Below, one piece after another: positions 1 through 9,396 of a DNA stretch of 64,000 nt. This DNA is from a virus. The notes beneath the pieces were generated by a model. The model saw only the letters and a program-made list of their open reading frames with translations, ran no database searches and had not been told where the DNA came from. Made by a program: the position numbers and the translations under genes. Position 1 is the stretch's first letter. Each line of letters starts with the position of its first letter. Location: positions 1 to 64,000 of IMG/VR virus record IMGVR_UViG_3300032294_002877; one strand, 5' to 3'.

Positions 1-365
1 GGAGTACTTGTTGGTTCCGGAGTACTTGTATGCGTCGGGACCGGAGTACTTGTTGGTTCCGGAGTACTTGTATGCGTCGGGACCGGAGTACTTGTTGGTT
101 CCGGAGTACTTGTATGCGTAGGAGCGGGAGTGCTTGTGTAAGTAGGTTGTGGGGTGCTAGTATACGTAGGTTCTGGAGTACTTGTTGCTGTTGGTTCTGG
201 CGTTGGATACGGAGTACTACTAGGTTCAGGAGTTGGCGTTGAAGTAGGATACGGAGTAGTACTCGGTTCGGGTGTTGGCGTTGAAGTAGGATACGGAGTA
301 GTACTCGGTTCGGGTGTTGGCGTTGAAGTAGGATACGGAGTAGTACTCGGTTCGGGTGTTGGTGT
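1..365. repeat. Coding tandem repeats: 42-bp unit (about 1-120) and 36-bp unit (about 205-365)
   Basis: ggagtacttgttggttccggagtacttgtatgcgtcgggacc occurs about 3 times. ggatacggagtagtactcggttcgggtgttggcgttgaagta-type units occur about 4 times. Both encode PT-rich peptides on the minus strand. Confidence 0.9.
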
Positions 366-710
366 AGATGTTGCATACGGAGTACTGCTTGGTTGTGGCG
401 TTTCTGTAGGCGCAGGAGTGCTCGTTGGGCCGGGTGTGCTTGTTAGAGTTGGTGTTGGTGCTGGTGTGCTTGTTGGAGCCGGAGTGGGGGTTGGAGTTTC
501 GCATCCTCCTAAGCATGGTGCTGGTGGAGGACATATCGGTGCGGAACTAGATGAAAAAGCATCAACAGTATATATTCCATTACCGTATATGTATTGATTA
601 GGAGGTTCTCTTCTTGATGATGGAATTTCAAATAGGCCCGATACGCTATCAAAAAATGCTTTAACATTTTTATAAGAATTTAAGGGACCTTTGAATATTC
701 TACGACTCAT
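1..710 (-). CDS. Pro/Thr/Ser-repeat protein, 3'-truncated at window edge (likely virion or surface protein)
   Basis: ATG at 710 (minus) reads MSRRIFKGPLNSYKNVKAFFDSVSGLFEIPSS...CETPTPTPAPTSTPAPT... with no stop seen before the window edge. It is absent from the ORF track because it has no stop in the window. Confidence 0.8.
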   Translation of the reverse strand, partial: MSRRIFKGPLNSYKNVKAFFDSVSGLFEIPSSRREPPNQYIYGNGIYTVDAFSSSSAPICPPPAPCLGGCETPTPTPAPTSTPAPTPTLTSTPGPTSTPAPTETPQPSSTPYATSTPTPEPSTTPYPTSTPTPEPSTTPYPTSTPTPEPSTTPYPTSTPTPEPSSTPYPTPEPTATSTPEPTYTSTPQPTYTSTPAPTHTSTPEPTSTPVPTHTSTPEPTSTPVPTHTSTPEPTST

Positions 711-726
711 TTAGGATTCTCCGTTG

Positions 727-2043
727 TTATTTTTTATTAGGATCACCTAGGCATCCAGTAAGAGTAATATTGCTTTGAGTATTGGTTATAGTTGCTGGTG
801 GATTGCCCGGTAAAGTATTTGGAAGAGTGGTCGAGACTCCTCCGGTACTAAGACCTCCACTAGCGGATGAGTAAATGCATTTAGTAATATCTTGTATATT
901 AGAAATTGTTATATTAGCTGAGATATTCACGGGATACAACCAGTATGCATCAGGATCTTTGCAGTCTCCTCCGTTAGCACCCAAAGCTGCTGATATATCA
1001 GCCGGTGTTGGCTCAAGACTGAATTGACCATTATTAAATTTTATCATACTACTATTAGTAATAGGAGTTTTATTACTTACTCCCCCTCCTCCGCTACCAA
1101 AAGCTCCTGGTCCTGCTTCTGCTGTGATATTTATTGAGTATGTATACTTAGCGTTAGCAACACAAGCATTTTTAACTTTTTCTAATAGCAGAACAAGTTC
1201 GCCTTGAATCTTTTTATTTTTAGCACTATTAGGATCTTCATAAATAGCTATATCGTCAATTAATTTTTGAATTTCAGCCTCTAAAACTGCTATTCTATCA
1301 TTTATTTCTCTAATTCTCTTTTCTTTTGCCCGTCTTATAGTTCCGATAATAGCATTATAGTCTCTGACAACATTAGGGCCTGTCTTTTTTAATGTTCTTC
1401 TAAAACCACCTCCGGTTAACGCTCTTGAACCCCAATTTTTAGTAGTCTCTAATATGGTTTTCATTTCCTGCTTAGCAGCATCAGGAACACAAGGATCGTT
1501 AGATACACCGGCTGAGAGTCCTTCTTGATAACTAGCAAATGTAGGATATTGTTGAGAAGGTGGTCCCCATGCAAAATCTGCTGAATCTGTTGATATAACA
1601 GTATCTTTAGCATCTAAGCAAGCTTGCTCTTTCTCTTTTTCGGTTGTTAGTTTTGTTTTTTCTGCTATTTTTGCGTCTTTTTCTGCTTTTAGTTTTGAAG
1701 CGTCTGATACTTGAGGAGGAACCTCTATTTGTAACATATCTTTTACAGAGTTAGCTCCTGTACATCCTTGTGGTTTTCCGCAGAGATTAAAATTAGCATT
1801 AAATTTTTGTTCTGCTGCGAGTCTTGCTTTTCCGGCAGCTTCTAATTGAGCTAGTAGTGTTGCTAATTGTGCGCGTAATGCTTCTAGTGCTGCTAGTTCT
1901 GCGGCTGATGGATTATTTATAGGATTGTAATCATCTGTTCTTTTTTTTAAAGCGGCTGCTAAATCATCAACTTCGGCTTTTTTTGCGTTGTAAGCTGCTT
2001 CAGCATTTTTAACATCTTGATCTAGTTCTGCGCATGTGGCCAT
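727..2043 (-). CDS. Hypothetical protein with N-terminal coiled coil, 438 aa
   Basis: Long ORF with Ala/Lys/Glu heptad-rich N-terminus; overlaps the upstream gene at 2043. Confidence 0.75.
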   Translation of the reverse strand: MATCAELDQDVKNAEAAYNAKKAEVDDLAAALKKRTDDYNPINNPSAAELAALEALRAQLATLLAQLEAAGKARLAAEQKFNANFNLCGKPQGCTGANSVKDMLQIEVPPQVSDASKLKAEKDAKIAEKTKLTTEKEKEQACLDAKDTVISTDSADFAWGPPSQQYPTFASYQEGLSAGVSNDPCVPDAAKQEMKTILETTKNWGSRALTGGGFRRTLKKTGPNVVRDYNAIIGTIRRAKEKRIREINDRIAVLEAEIQKLIDDIAIYEDPNSAKNKKIQGELVLLLEKVKNACVANAKYTYSINITAEAGPGAFGSGGGGVSNKTPITNSSMIKFNNGQFSLEPTPADISAALGANGGDCKDPDAYWLYPVNISANITISNIQDITKCIYSSASGGLSTGGVSTTLPNTLPGNPPATITNTQSNITLTGCLGDPNKK

Positions 2044-2411
2044 CAGAATACTCCTATTCTGTCTTTGCGGGGGTTAGCCGAATAAATGTATTGGTATGTT
2101 TGTTCTTTACCAAATTCATCTTGTCCGGGATATCCGCTAGGACTTAGTGTGGTATTATCCATATTAAATAAAGCATTATTATTCGTATTGGATAGTTCTG
2201 TTGAATATCTTCCTGCTACTGGTTTATCGTTGTTATATGCGAAAGTTCCACTGGGAAGAGCTTTATCGGTATCGTCTCCGTCAACTATTACCCACGGATC
2301 AAAAGGAAGTGTTCCTAGCGGTAAAGAATTACCGTTTCCATAAAAACCATAGTAACTGTTATTATTTACTATCCCGGTTGGATTAATTGCAAAAGTAGAC
2401 ATAAATAGCAC
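2043..2411 (-). CDS. Hypothetical protein, 122 aa
   Basis: ORF coupled to the downstream minus-strand gene. Confidence 0.65.
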   Translation of the reverse strand: MLFMSTFAINPTGIVNNNSYYGFYGNGNSLPLGTLPFDPWVIVDGDDTDKALPSGTFAYNNDKPVAGRYSTELSNTNNNALFNMDNTTLSPSGYPGQDEFGKEQTYQYIYSANPRKDRIGVF

Positions 2412-2529
2412 CCCTAATATATAGTATCTCGTTATAAAAAATACACCATATCTCTATTTGAATATTGACAATAATTTTCTAAAAATTACTATATAAGGTA
2501 TGGATACAAAAATCATCAAAGGAGACTTT

Positions 2530-2832
2530 ATGTATAAAACGTTTTTTGGTTTAGCATTAATTTTAATGTGTTGCTGTAGTGCTGCCGCTCAGGATCTTGT
2601 TCCAGTATACACTCAATATCCTGTTGTTTATCAGCAGTATGTTAATGTGGTTTCTTATGAGACCCATGTTGTTCCACGAGTAACAGCTGTTCCGGTATAT
2701 CCTGTTATATCGCCAGTATATGTATCTCCTGCTGTTCCGATATATGCTCCGATGGAATATAGAAGATACTGGTGGGGTTGGCCGAATTGTTTTGTTCCAA
2801 ATTATGCTAGGCCAACTTATATAAGATACTAA
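2530..2832 (+). CDS. Secreted Tyr/Pro/Val-rich small protein
   Basis: GGAG RBS before ATG 2530; signal-peptide-like MYKTFFGLALILMCCCSAAAQD. Confidence 0.7.
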   Translation: MYKTFFGLALILMCCCSAAAQDLVPVYTQYPVVYQQYVNVVSYETHVVPRVTAVPVYPVISPVYVSPAVPIYAPMEYRRYWWGWPNCFVPNYARPTYIRY

Positions 2833-2862
2833 ATTAGCTATAAAATAATAGTCCATATAAAG

Positions 2863-2891
2863 AAGACAGGCAGAAATGCTTGTCTTTTTTT
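2863..2891 (+). terminator. Rho-independent terminator
   Basis: AAGACAGGCA-GAAA-TGCTTGTCTT followed by a T run. Confidence 0.7.
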
Positions 2892-2932
2892 GTAGATATA
2901 GTATGATAGTATACGATACTAGAGGAGATACT

Positions 2933-4759
2933 ATGTGCGGAATTATAGGATACAAAGGTAGTAAAAAATGTTTATCTATCATATTGGACGGACTAAAAAG
3001 ATTAGAGTATCGAGGATACGATAGCGCCGGAGTAGCATGTATCATTCCTCCTAAGCTCATAACTTATAAGAGCGCGGGCTGTGTTAACGAACTAATCTAT
3101 AACTGGATAGATTTTGATTTACCGTCATATATTGGTATTGGTCATACTCGATGGGCTACTCATGGTCAGCCTTCTCAAAGAAATGCTCATCCTCATACTA
3201 CCATAGATGAGAGGGTTAGTATAGTACACAATGGCATTGTGGAAAATTATGCAGCGTTGCAGAAGGAGCTTGTGGATAAGGGATACCTATTCATATCAGA
3301 AACCGATACGGAGGTGTTGCTATATTTAATATACGACTATTTAATTAATAGCGATATTAGTTTATTCGAGGCGGTTAAGCTAGCGCTAGAAAGAGTTGTG
3401 GGCGCTTATGCTATAGCAGTATTGGATAGAAAAAGTCCGGAAACTATGGTTGTGGCCAGAAGAGGTAGTCCTTTGGTTATAGGAGTGGGTGATCCTGGAG
3501 AATATTATGTTTCTAGCGATCCTTTGGGAATAATAAATTATACTAATGATATAGTTTTTGTAGAAGATAATAGTGTTATAGAAATCGCTAATGAGTTAGT
3601 ATGTTATAATACGAGAGATAAAAACGTATCAGAGTGTAATGTATCTAAATTATATAACCAGATATATAATATTGAAAAGGGCGATTATGATCACTTTATG
3701 CTGAAAGAGATATATGAACAGCCTAAGGTTGTGGCTGACTGTTTGAGCGGACGATTGGACGGATATAGAATTAAACTAGGGGGCCTTATAGGTTATGAGA
3801 ACATTTTAAGTAATGCTGATCATATTACCATACTATCTTGCGGATCGTCTTGGCATGCTGCTCTTGTGGCTAAATATTATTTTGAGGAATTCTGTAATAT
3901 AAAAACTTCTGTAGAGTATGCTAGTGAATTTAGATATCGGAAACCTGTTATTAAAGAAGATGATATTATCATAGCCATATCTCAATCGGGCGAAACTGCT
4001 GATACTATAAGCGCTGTGGAATTAGCAAAATCTAAAGCAGCTACTGTTATAGGAGTATGCAATGTTGCTGATTCTTCTTTGGCAAGATTAACAGAGTGTG
4101 GTGTCTATTGTAGAGCCGGAACAGAGATAGGAGTAGCTAGCACCAAAGGTTTCGTGTCTCAGGTTGTGGTGCTGTTATTGATAGCATTATGGATAGAACA
4201 AAACGAAAGCTCTCATATGATAAGCGAATATCGAAAAGCTATTATAGACGATCTGAGAAGTCTTCCCGTAATTTTAGAACAAACGCTAAAACTAAATAAA
4301 AGTATTCGCTCCTTGGCCTCTAAGTTTTATAGGTCTAAGAATTGTCTTTATTTGGGCAGAGAATACAACTTTCCAATAGCTCTAGAGGGGGCTTTGAAAC
4401 TAAAAGAAATTAGCTATATTCATGCTGAAGGATATCCGGCGGCAGAGATGAAACACGGGCCTATTGCTTTGATAGATAAGAATATGCCGGTGGTGGTAAT
4501 ATCAAATAATAAAAAGCAATATGAAAAAATTGTAAATAATATTAAAGAGATACAGGCGAGACAAGGAAAAGTTATAGAGATTTATAGCGAGGATAGATTT
4601 TCGGGGGATTATGGATTACAAGTTCCAATGGTTGTGGATCCCCTAAGCCCAGTAGTGTCAAGTGTGGTATTACAGTTGTTCTCTTATTATTGCGCGGTTC
4701 TTGGCGGACACAATGTGGATAAGCCTAGAAATTTGGCAAAAAGTGTGACCGTGGAGTAG
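2933..4759 (+). CDS. glmS: Glutamine--fructose-6-phosphate aminotransferase
   Basis: N-terminal MCGIIG (catalytic Cys), GHTRWATHG, SQSGETADT and C-terminal NVDKPRNLAKSVTVE; GAGGAG RBS. Confidence 0.97.
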   Translation: MCGIIGYKGSKKCLSIILDGLKRLEYRGYDSAGVACIIPPKLITYKSAGCVNELIYNWIDFDLPSYIGIGHTRWATHGQPSQRNAHPHTTIDERVSIVHNGIVENYAALQKELVDKGYLFISETDTEVLLYLIYDYLINSDISLFEAVKLALERVVGAYAIAVLDRKSPETMVVARRGSPLVIGVGDPGEYYVSSDPLGIINYTNDIVFVEDNSVIEIANELVCYNTRDKNVSECNVSKLYNQIYNIEKGDYDHFMLKEIYEQPKVVADCLSGRLDGYRIKLGGLIGYENILSNADHITILSCGSSWHAALVAKYYFEEFCNIKTSVEYASEFRYRKPVIKEDDIIIAISQSGETADTISAVELAKSKAATVIGVCNVADSSLARLTECGVYCRAGTEIGVASTKGFVSQVVVLLLIALWIEQNESSHMISEYRKAIIDDLRSLPVILEQTLKLNKSIRSLASKFYRSKNCLYLGREYNFPIALEGALKLKEISYIHAEGYPAAEMKHGPIALIDKNMPVVVISNNKKQYEKIVNNIKEIQARQGKVIEIYSEDRFSGDYGLQVPMVVDPLSPVVSSVVLQLFSYYCAVLGGHNVDKPRNLAKSVTVE

Positions 4760-4828
4760 TCTTGATTTTTTTCCGACATGTTGTAGTATGAGCGAGCGTC
4801 ACCTGTCCGACCTGAATGGAATCAAAAA

Positions 4829-6394
4829 ATGCAAAAGTATGGATCGCTTAGTGTTGAAGGTTTAGAGTCTAAACGTTTATTATCAATAGCTCCTAATGAT
4901 TCTCAACTAAATAATCAGTGGGGATTAAATAGTATCTCGGCATATCAAGCATGGGATAGTTCGTCGGGATCTAAGAATGTGGTGGTGGCTATTATAGATT
5001 CTGGGGTGGATCTGGGCCATCCGGATTTAAAAGATAACCTGTGGACGAATCCTGGCGAGATTGCTAACGACGGTATCGATAACGATAACAACGGATACGT
5101 TGACGATATATACGGATGGGATTTTGCATATAACGATAACAATGTTCAAGACGGATACGGCCACGGAACTCATGTGGCTGGTATTATAGGGGCGGTTGGA
5201 AACAACTCTTTGGGTATGTCGGGGGTTAACTGGAACGTGAGTATGATGGTATTAAAGTTTATGGATGATAGTGGTGTGGGATATGGCGATTCTGTTATTA
5301 AAGCTATTGATTATATTTTAATGATGAAAAATACATATGGAATTAATATTGTGGCAGTAAATAATAGTTATGGGGGAACACCAGGATACTCGTCATTGAT
5401 GGATAATAGAATTCAATTACTCAATAATAGTAATGTAATGTTTGTGGCCGCTGCTGGTAATAGTGGGGCGGATAATGATTTGGTGCCAAGGTATCCGTCA
5501 AGTTACTCTGAAAATAATATTATTAGTGTGGGAGCACTAACTAGTACCGACTCTCTGGCAGGATTCTCTAATTATGGAATTACTAGTGTGGATCTGGCTG
5601 CTCCGGGAACTAGTATCTTATCAACATATAAGGGCGGAACTTATACTTATATGAGCGGTACTAGTATGGCCGCTCCTTTTGTAACAGGATCTGTGGCTTT
5701 ATTAAATTCTGCTAAGCCAAATACATCTATGAATGTTATTAAAGATATAATCTTGAGTACCGCTGATAAGATTGATAGTTTAGCAGGAAAGGTTCTGTGT
5801 GGCGGTAAATTGAATTTGGGGGCGGCGATGGCCAAATTAATGGGGGTGTCTTATATCGCTAATAGTATTCCTAATGGATATGTTAGTAATATTACGTTAA
5901 GAAATGTTTATGGATATGCTAGTGATCCTGATGGGGGCGGATCGGTTAGTGTGAAGTTAACTGTGGATGGAAATGATTACTGGTATAGTAACACGGATGC
6001 TAACGGAAACTTTGTTTTTAATATTGAGACCATAGGTTATGGATATCATTCTTTAAAAGTGTGGGCAAAAGATAATCAAAGCGGACAGTGGAGCGTAGTA
6101 GGAGAAGGAGCTGTGAATGTTCCGTATCCCGAAATGAGTGTGAATCGATTGAATATTAGAGGAACATCAGGACGAGCATATAGCGCGGTATGTGGTGACT
6201 CTCCGGTAATTGTTAGAGTGCTGGTCAATGGGCGTTTGGTAGCGAATAGATGGGCGAATATTAGAAACCATGAATTCAATATAGGATTCAGTAGAAGCTG
6301 GTTTCGACGAGGAACAAATGATGTAAGGTTAGAAATCTATGATCCGATTGCGAAACAGATTACCTTGATGCGAGTGACAAGACTAAGGAAATAG
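4829..6394 (+). CDS. S8 subtilisin-like serine protease with planctomycete-type N-terminal motif
   Basis: Catalytic triad motifs IIDSG, HGTHVAG and GTSMAAP; oxyanion AAAGN; N-terminus SLSVEGLESKRLLS. Confidence 0.93.
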   Translation: MQKYGSLSVEGLESKRLLSIAPNDSQLNNQWGLNSISAYQAWDSSSGSKNVVVAIIDSGVDLGHPDLKDNLWTNPGEIANDGIDNDNNGYVDDIYGWDFAYNDNNVQDGYGHGTHVAGIIGAVGNNSLGMSGVNWNVSMMVLKFMDDSGVGYGDSVIKAIDYILMMKNTYGINIVAVNNSYGGTPGYSSLMDNRIQLLNNSNVMFVAAAGNSGADNDLVPRYPSSYSENNIISVGALTSTDSLAGFSNYGITSVDLAAPGTSILSTYKGGTYTYMSGTSMAAPFVTGSVALLNSAKPNTSMNVIKDIILSTADKIDSLAGKVLCGGKLNLGAAMAKLMGVSYIANSIPNGYVSNITLRNVYGYASDPDGGGSVSVKLTVDGNDYWYSNTDANGNFVFNIETIGYGYHSLKVWAKDNQSGQWSVVGEGAVNVPYPEMSVNRLNIRGTSGRAYSAVCGDSPVIVRVLVNGRLVANRWANIRNHEFNIGFSRSWFRRGTNDVRLEIYDPIAKQITLMRVTRLRK

Positions 6395-6498
6395 GCTAAT
6401 AAACTGGCCAATTCTATATGGGTGTGCTTATTTTTTATGGACCACCCGGCGATTTTCAGAAAAATTGCTCATATCATAAGTGAAACAAAAAAACCCCC

Positions 6499-6575
6499 TA
6501 ACTCATTACGGGGCAATAACTTATGGCATGTATCTGGCAAAAATTTGTCGTAAGTACTTGGTGCGTAAAGACTTA
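6499..6575. repeat. Paired 25-bp IHF-like palindrome element, copy 1 (52-bp period)
   Basis: TAACTCATTACGGGGCAATAACTTA (6499-6523) and TAAGTACTTGGTGCGTAAAGACTTA (6551-6575). Confidence 0.75.
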
Positions 6576-6614
6576 CGGCGAGTTTTTTGCGGTGTTGCAA
6601 AATGCAATGCAAAA

Positions 6615-6741
6615 TGCTACACATTGTAGGAAAACGATACAGCCAATATGGCAGTGCCGATATGACAGAATATCGTAACTCTAATCGTGACAATGACTTA
6701 CAACAATTCGAGAAATTTTTTTTCTTTGGCACGACGTGTGC
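6615..6741 (+). promoter_or_regulatory. sigma54-type promoter module 1 (palindromic UAS, IHF-like site, -24/-12 box)
   Basis: TGCTACA-CAT-TGTAGGA at 6615-6631; 25-bp IHF-like site at 6676-6700; TGGCACGACGTGTGC at 6727-6741. Confidence 0.7.
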
Positions 6742-6775
6742 ATTATATAGAAACATAAGAAAGAGAGAGACGAAA

Positions 6776-7006
6776 ATGAGAAACCTGATTGTTCTGAATA
6801 CTAAGGCTGAGTTGATTGCGTTCCTGAATAAGACTTCGATGCATACGCTGGTGAATAGCGTAGCGTTTGCTAGTGATTTGTTGGAAATGGTTCGTGAGAA
6901 CGATAATATTGTGGAAATAAACGAAGATTTGGGATTCGTTGATGATGGTGGATGGATTGAGATTGACGAAATGGGTTATGTTGTGAAGGATTTCGCAATC
7001 TGCTGA
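6776..7006 (+). CDS. Hypothetical protein downstream of sigma54-type promoter
   Basis: ATG after purine-rich leader AAGAAAGAGAGAGACGAAAATG. Confidence 0.65.
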   Translation: MRNLIVLNTKAELIAFLNKTSMHTLVNSVAFASDLLEMVRENDNIVEINEDLGFVDDGGWIEIDEMGYVVKDFAIC

Positions 7007-7341
7007 AAAACATTTGTTCAGTGTTGACAAGCAAAAAACCGATAAGTATACTAGGGAAAAGGAAAACAAATGATAACTCAGGAAATGCGTGATTTGGCGA
7101 ACAATCTAGGGCTCATCGTTTCGAGCGTTTGGGATGGACTTTCCCGCAAATGGATTGTTCATGAGCGAAACGGAGCGTATCATCCTGTTTTCACCACGAA
7201 CGAATATGATAGACTTATGGATGGCTTGCGAAATGGCGGAAAGTTTCGATCCCTCTAAGGTAGGGTGAATATATGTTCAGTGTATTTTTGTTCATTGTGG
7301 CAATAATTCTTATTGGAATCGCGTATCAATAAGATTTGACG

Positions 7342-7419
7342 TAAACCCTTGCGGCATAAACACTTACGACGATTTCGCGGCCAAAAATTTGACGTAACTG
7401 CTTATGCAGCAACGACTTA
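7342..7419. repeat. Paired 25-bp IHF-like palindrome element, copy 2
   Basis: Halves at 7342-7366 and 7395-7419; 53-bp period. Confidence 0.85.
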
Positions 7420-7433
7420 CGCCAAGTTTTGAC

Positions 7434-7448
7434 GCAAACGGTGTGCCA
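7434..7448 (-). promoter_or_regulatory. Minus-strand sigma54 -24/-12 box
   Basis: Reverse complement TGGCACACCGTTTGC matches TGGCAC-N5-TTGC. Confidence 0.65.
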
Positions 7449-7497
7449 AACGTGGTAACCCCCATACTGAGGGGCTGTTGCAAAATGCCGAGCAAAA

Positions 7498-7623
7498 TGC
7501 TACACATTGTAGCAAAACGCTACAGCCAATATGGCGGTGCCAAACTGACAGAATGACGCAACTCTAATAGCGATAACAACTTACAACAATTCGCAAAATT
7601 TTTTTCTTTGGCACGGTATCTGC
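7498..7623 (+). promoter_or_regulatory. sigma54-type promoter module 2
   Basis: Perfect palindrome TGCTACA-CAT-TGTAGCA at 7498-7514; IHF-like site at 7559-7583; TGGCACGGTATCTGC at 7609-7623. Forms a direct repeat of module 1. Confidence 0.72.
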
Positions 7624-7656
7624 ATTATATAGAAGCATAAGAAAGAGAGAAAGAAA

Positions 7657-7800
7657 ATGAGTAAGACGATTAGCAATGCGATGAAAAGAATTCACCAAGA
7701 GGCTAGGATTGCCAAGGCATACGATATGCCGATTATGAATAAGGATATGAAAAAGAATGATGAGGGTGTGAAAAAGTTTTTTGAGAGTCTCAAGAAATAG
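7657..7800 (+). CDS. Small basic hypothetical protein, 47 aa
   Basis: MSKTISNAMKRIHQEARIAKAYDMPIMNKDMKKNDEGVKKFFESLKK after the same purine-rich leader as 6776. Confidence 0.55.
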   Translation: MSKTISNAMKRIHQEARIAKAYDMPIMNKDMKKNDEGVKKFFESLKK

Positions 7801-7803
7801 CCC

Positions 7804-7832
7804 TTGACAAGCCGAATAAACCTATATAGAAT
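7804..7832 (+). promoter_or_regulatory. sigma70-type promoter
   Basis: TTGACA-17-TAGAAT. Confidence 0.75.
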
Positions 7833-7856
7833 ATCACCAACACAAAGGAAAAGAAA

Positions 7857-8099
7857 ATGATTTTCGAAACGATTGACGAACTGAACGAGTATCTGGCAAA
7901 CGGTGGGGATGGTGTTTCGGTTATCGGATGCACGGTGGCTGGGGAGTTGCTGGAGAGCATGAAGAACGAAGCGGTTTTTGCTCGCAAGTGGGGATGGAAA
8001 GGGTTTGCTGTGTTGACGGAATTCTACATGGGTGAGGGTGAGGAAATCTCTTGCAATGAGGATGGCGTGATCGATTATGAGCATCTCTACTTGGGATGA
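7857..8099 (+). CDS. Small acidic hypothetical protein
   Basis: ORF with RBS downstream of the promoter; Asp/Glu-rich. Confidence 0.65.
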   Translation: MIFETIDELNEYLANGGDGVSVIGCTVAGELLESMKNEAVFARKWGWKGFAVLTEFYMGEGEEISCNEDGVIDYEHLYLG

Positions 8100-8487
8100 A
8101 CGATTGTATAGTATTGACGCTCCAGAAATTTCTGCTAGAATAGAATCATAAGAAAGAGAGAAAGAAAAATGAAGACTTGGACACGAGACAATCGCCCGTT
8201 GGTTTGGACGGTGAACGAGAACAACCATGAGACGTACGATCTGTATGTACATGGTGTGTGCGTTGGTGAGGGTATGGATTTCGATACATTCTATGCCATG
8301 TATAAGCAGTACAGAAAGGTTTGAAGATACCACCCAAAAGGGGGATATACATATGTTCTATTGCTTCTGCTGGATTTTCTGCAAAATCGACAATTATTTC
8401 CAGGATAGGTACTGGAAGAAACTTGGGTATTCTAGGTATACTGGGCAGGATGGAAAAGAGTGGTATGTAAGCGATCTAAACTGATCG

Positions 8488-8565
8488 TAAACCCTTGCTA
8501 CCAAACGACTTAGGGTGAATCGGCGGCGCCCAATTTGACGTAACTCCTTGTGCGGTAACGACTTA
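8488..8565. repeat. Paired 25-bp IHF-like palindrome element, copy 3
   Basis: Halves at 8488-8512 and 8541-8565; 53-bp period. Confidence 0.85.
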
Positions 8566-8579
8566 CATGAAATGTTATC

Positions 8580-8594
8580 GCAACTGGTATGCCA
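8580..8594 (-). promoter_or_regulatory. Minus-strand sigma54 -24/-12 box
   Basis: Reverse complement TGGCATACCAGTTGC. Confidence 0.6.
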
Positions 8595-8707
8595 CAAATA
8601 TTTCTCCGTTTGGCATGAAATTATATTTGCTTTTTTGGAAAGATTTCTCTTGCAATGGCCGATAATATCTGTAGAATCAAAGCATCACAAGGAACGAAAG
8701 GGAAACC

Positions 8708-8878
8708 ATGAACGAATTCGAACGAATCATTGGGGATAGCATGATCGACGAGAACGGCAAGGAATGGATCGTGGACGATGCTACGGGTTGGGATCCGATC
8801 ATGGGAGACGACGAAGATTGGATCGACACGGATGATGAGTGGCTCGATGATTTCCAGGGTGAGGAGGAGTTTGCATGA
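8708..8878 (+). CDS. Highly acidic 56-aa protein
   Basis: MNEFERIIGDSMIDENGKEWIVDDATGWDPIMGDDEDWIDTDDEWLDDFQGEEEFA; translated by hand. Confidence 0.65.
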   Translation: MNEFERIIGDSMIDENGKEWIVDDATGWDPIMGDDEDWIDTDDEWLDDFQGEEEFA

Positions 8879-9055
8879 AAACGTACTATATTTACAATGC
8901 GGAAAATGATTTCTACTTGGGCATGGTACTTGCAAAGGATTGGGTGGACGCACGTTCAGTGTACGCCCAGCAGCATGGCGTATCATTCGGTTCAGTGTAC
9001 GCTTGTGCATCACCACTATAGGGGTAATCCCCATTGTGATGGAGATCGGTTGACG

Positions 9056-9133
9056 TAAACCCTTGCGGCGTAAGCACTTAGAGCAAATCGGCGGCGCAAA
9101 ATTTGACGTAAACCCTTACGCCACAATAACTTA
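9056..9133. repeat. Paired 25-bp IHF-like palindrome element, copy 4
   Basis: Halves at 9056-9080 and 9109-9133; 53-bp period. Confidence 0.85.
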
Positions 9134-9148
9134 CGACGAGTTTTCTTA

Positions 9149-9163
9149 GCAAATACTGTGCCA
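9149..9163 (-). promoter_or_regulatory. Minus-strand sigma54 -24/-12 box
   Basis: Reverse complement TGGCACAGTATTTGC. Confidence 0.65.
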
Positions 9164-9206
9164 AAAAATTGTGCTCAAATTGTGGGCATACCCTACTGTA
9201 TCAAAA

Positions 9207-9362
9207 TGCTACACATCTAGGTTATAGGCCGAAATACGCGACGCAAAATGCTACAACACTGTAGCGAAATGCTACGCTCAAAAGTTGGGCACAAAAAATA
9301 GCATAGCGTTTTCCCCGTGAAAATCGAGGAAAAATATTTTTCGGCTTTGGCACGGAAGATGC
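9207..9362 (+). promoter_or_regulatory. sigma54-type promoter module 3
   Basis: TGCTACA half-sites at 9207 and TGCTACA-ACAC-TGTAGCG at 9249-9266; TGGCACGGAAGATGC at 9348-9362. Confidence 0.65.
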
Positions 9363-9396
9363 ATTTATATATGGCATAAGAAAGTGAGAGTGAGAG

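Noticed and set aside
30-597. Plus-strand ORFs 30-242 and 154-597 and minus-strand ORF 226-534
   Set aside because: These are shadow frames of the tandem repeats. The real gene is the Pro/Thr-rich minus-strand ORF starting at 710.
2833-2932. glmS ribozyme upstream of glmS
   Set aside because: The intergenic region is short, AT-rich and occupied by a terminator, with no ribozyme core.
6524-6538. Possible plus-strand sigma54 box TGGCATGTATCTGGC inside repeat copy 1
   Set aside because: The spacing fits, but the -12 element lacks the conserved T (TGC) and no UAS was seen upstream. Too weak to call.
8610-8630. Plus-strand sigma54 box TGGCATGAAATTATATTTGC
   Set aside because: The GG-to-GC spacing is 5 nt too long for -24/-12.
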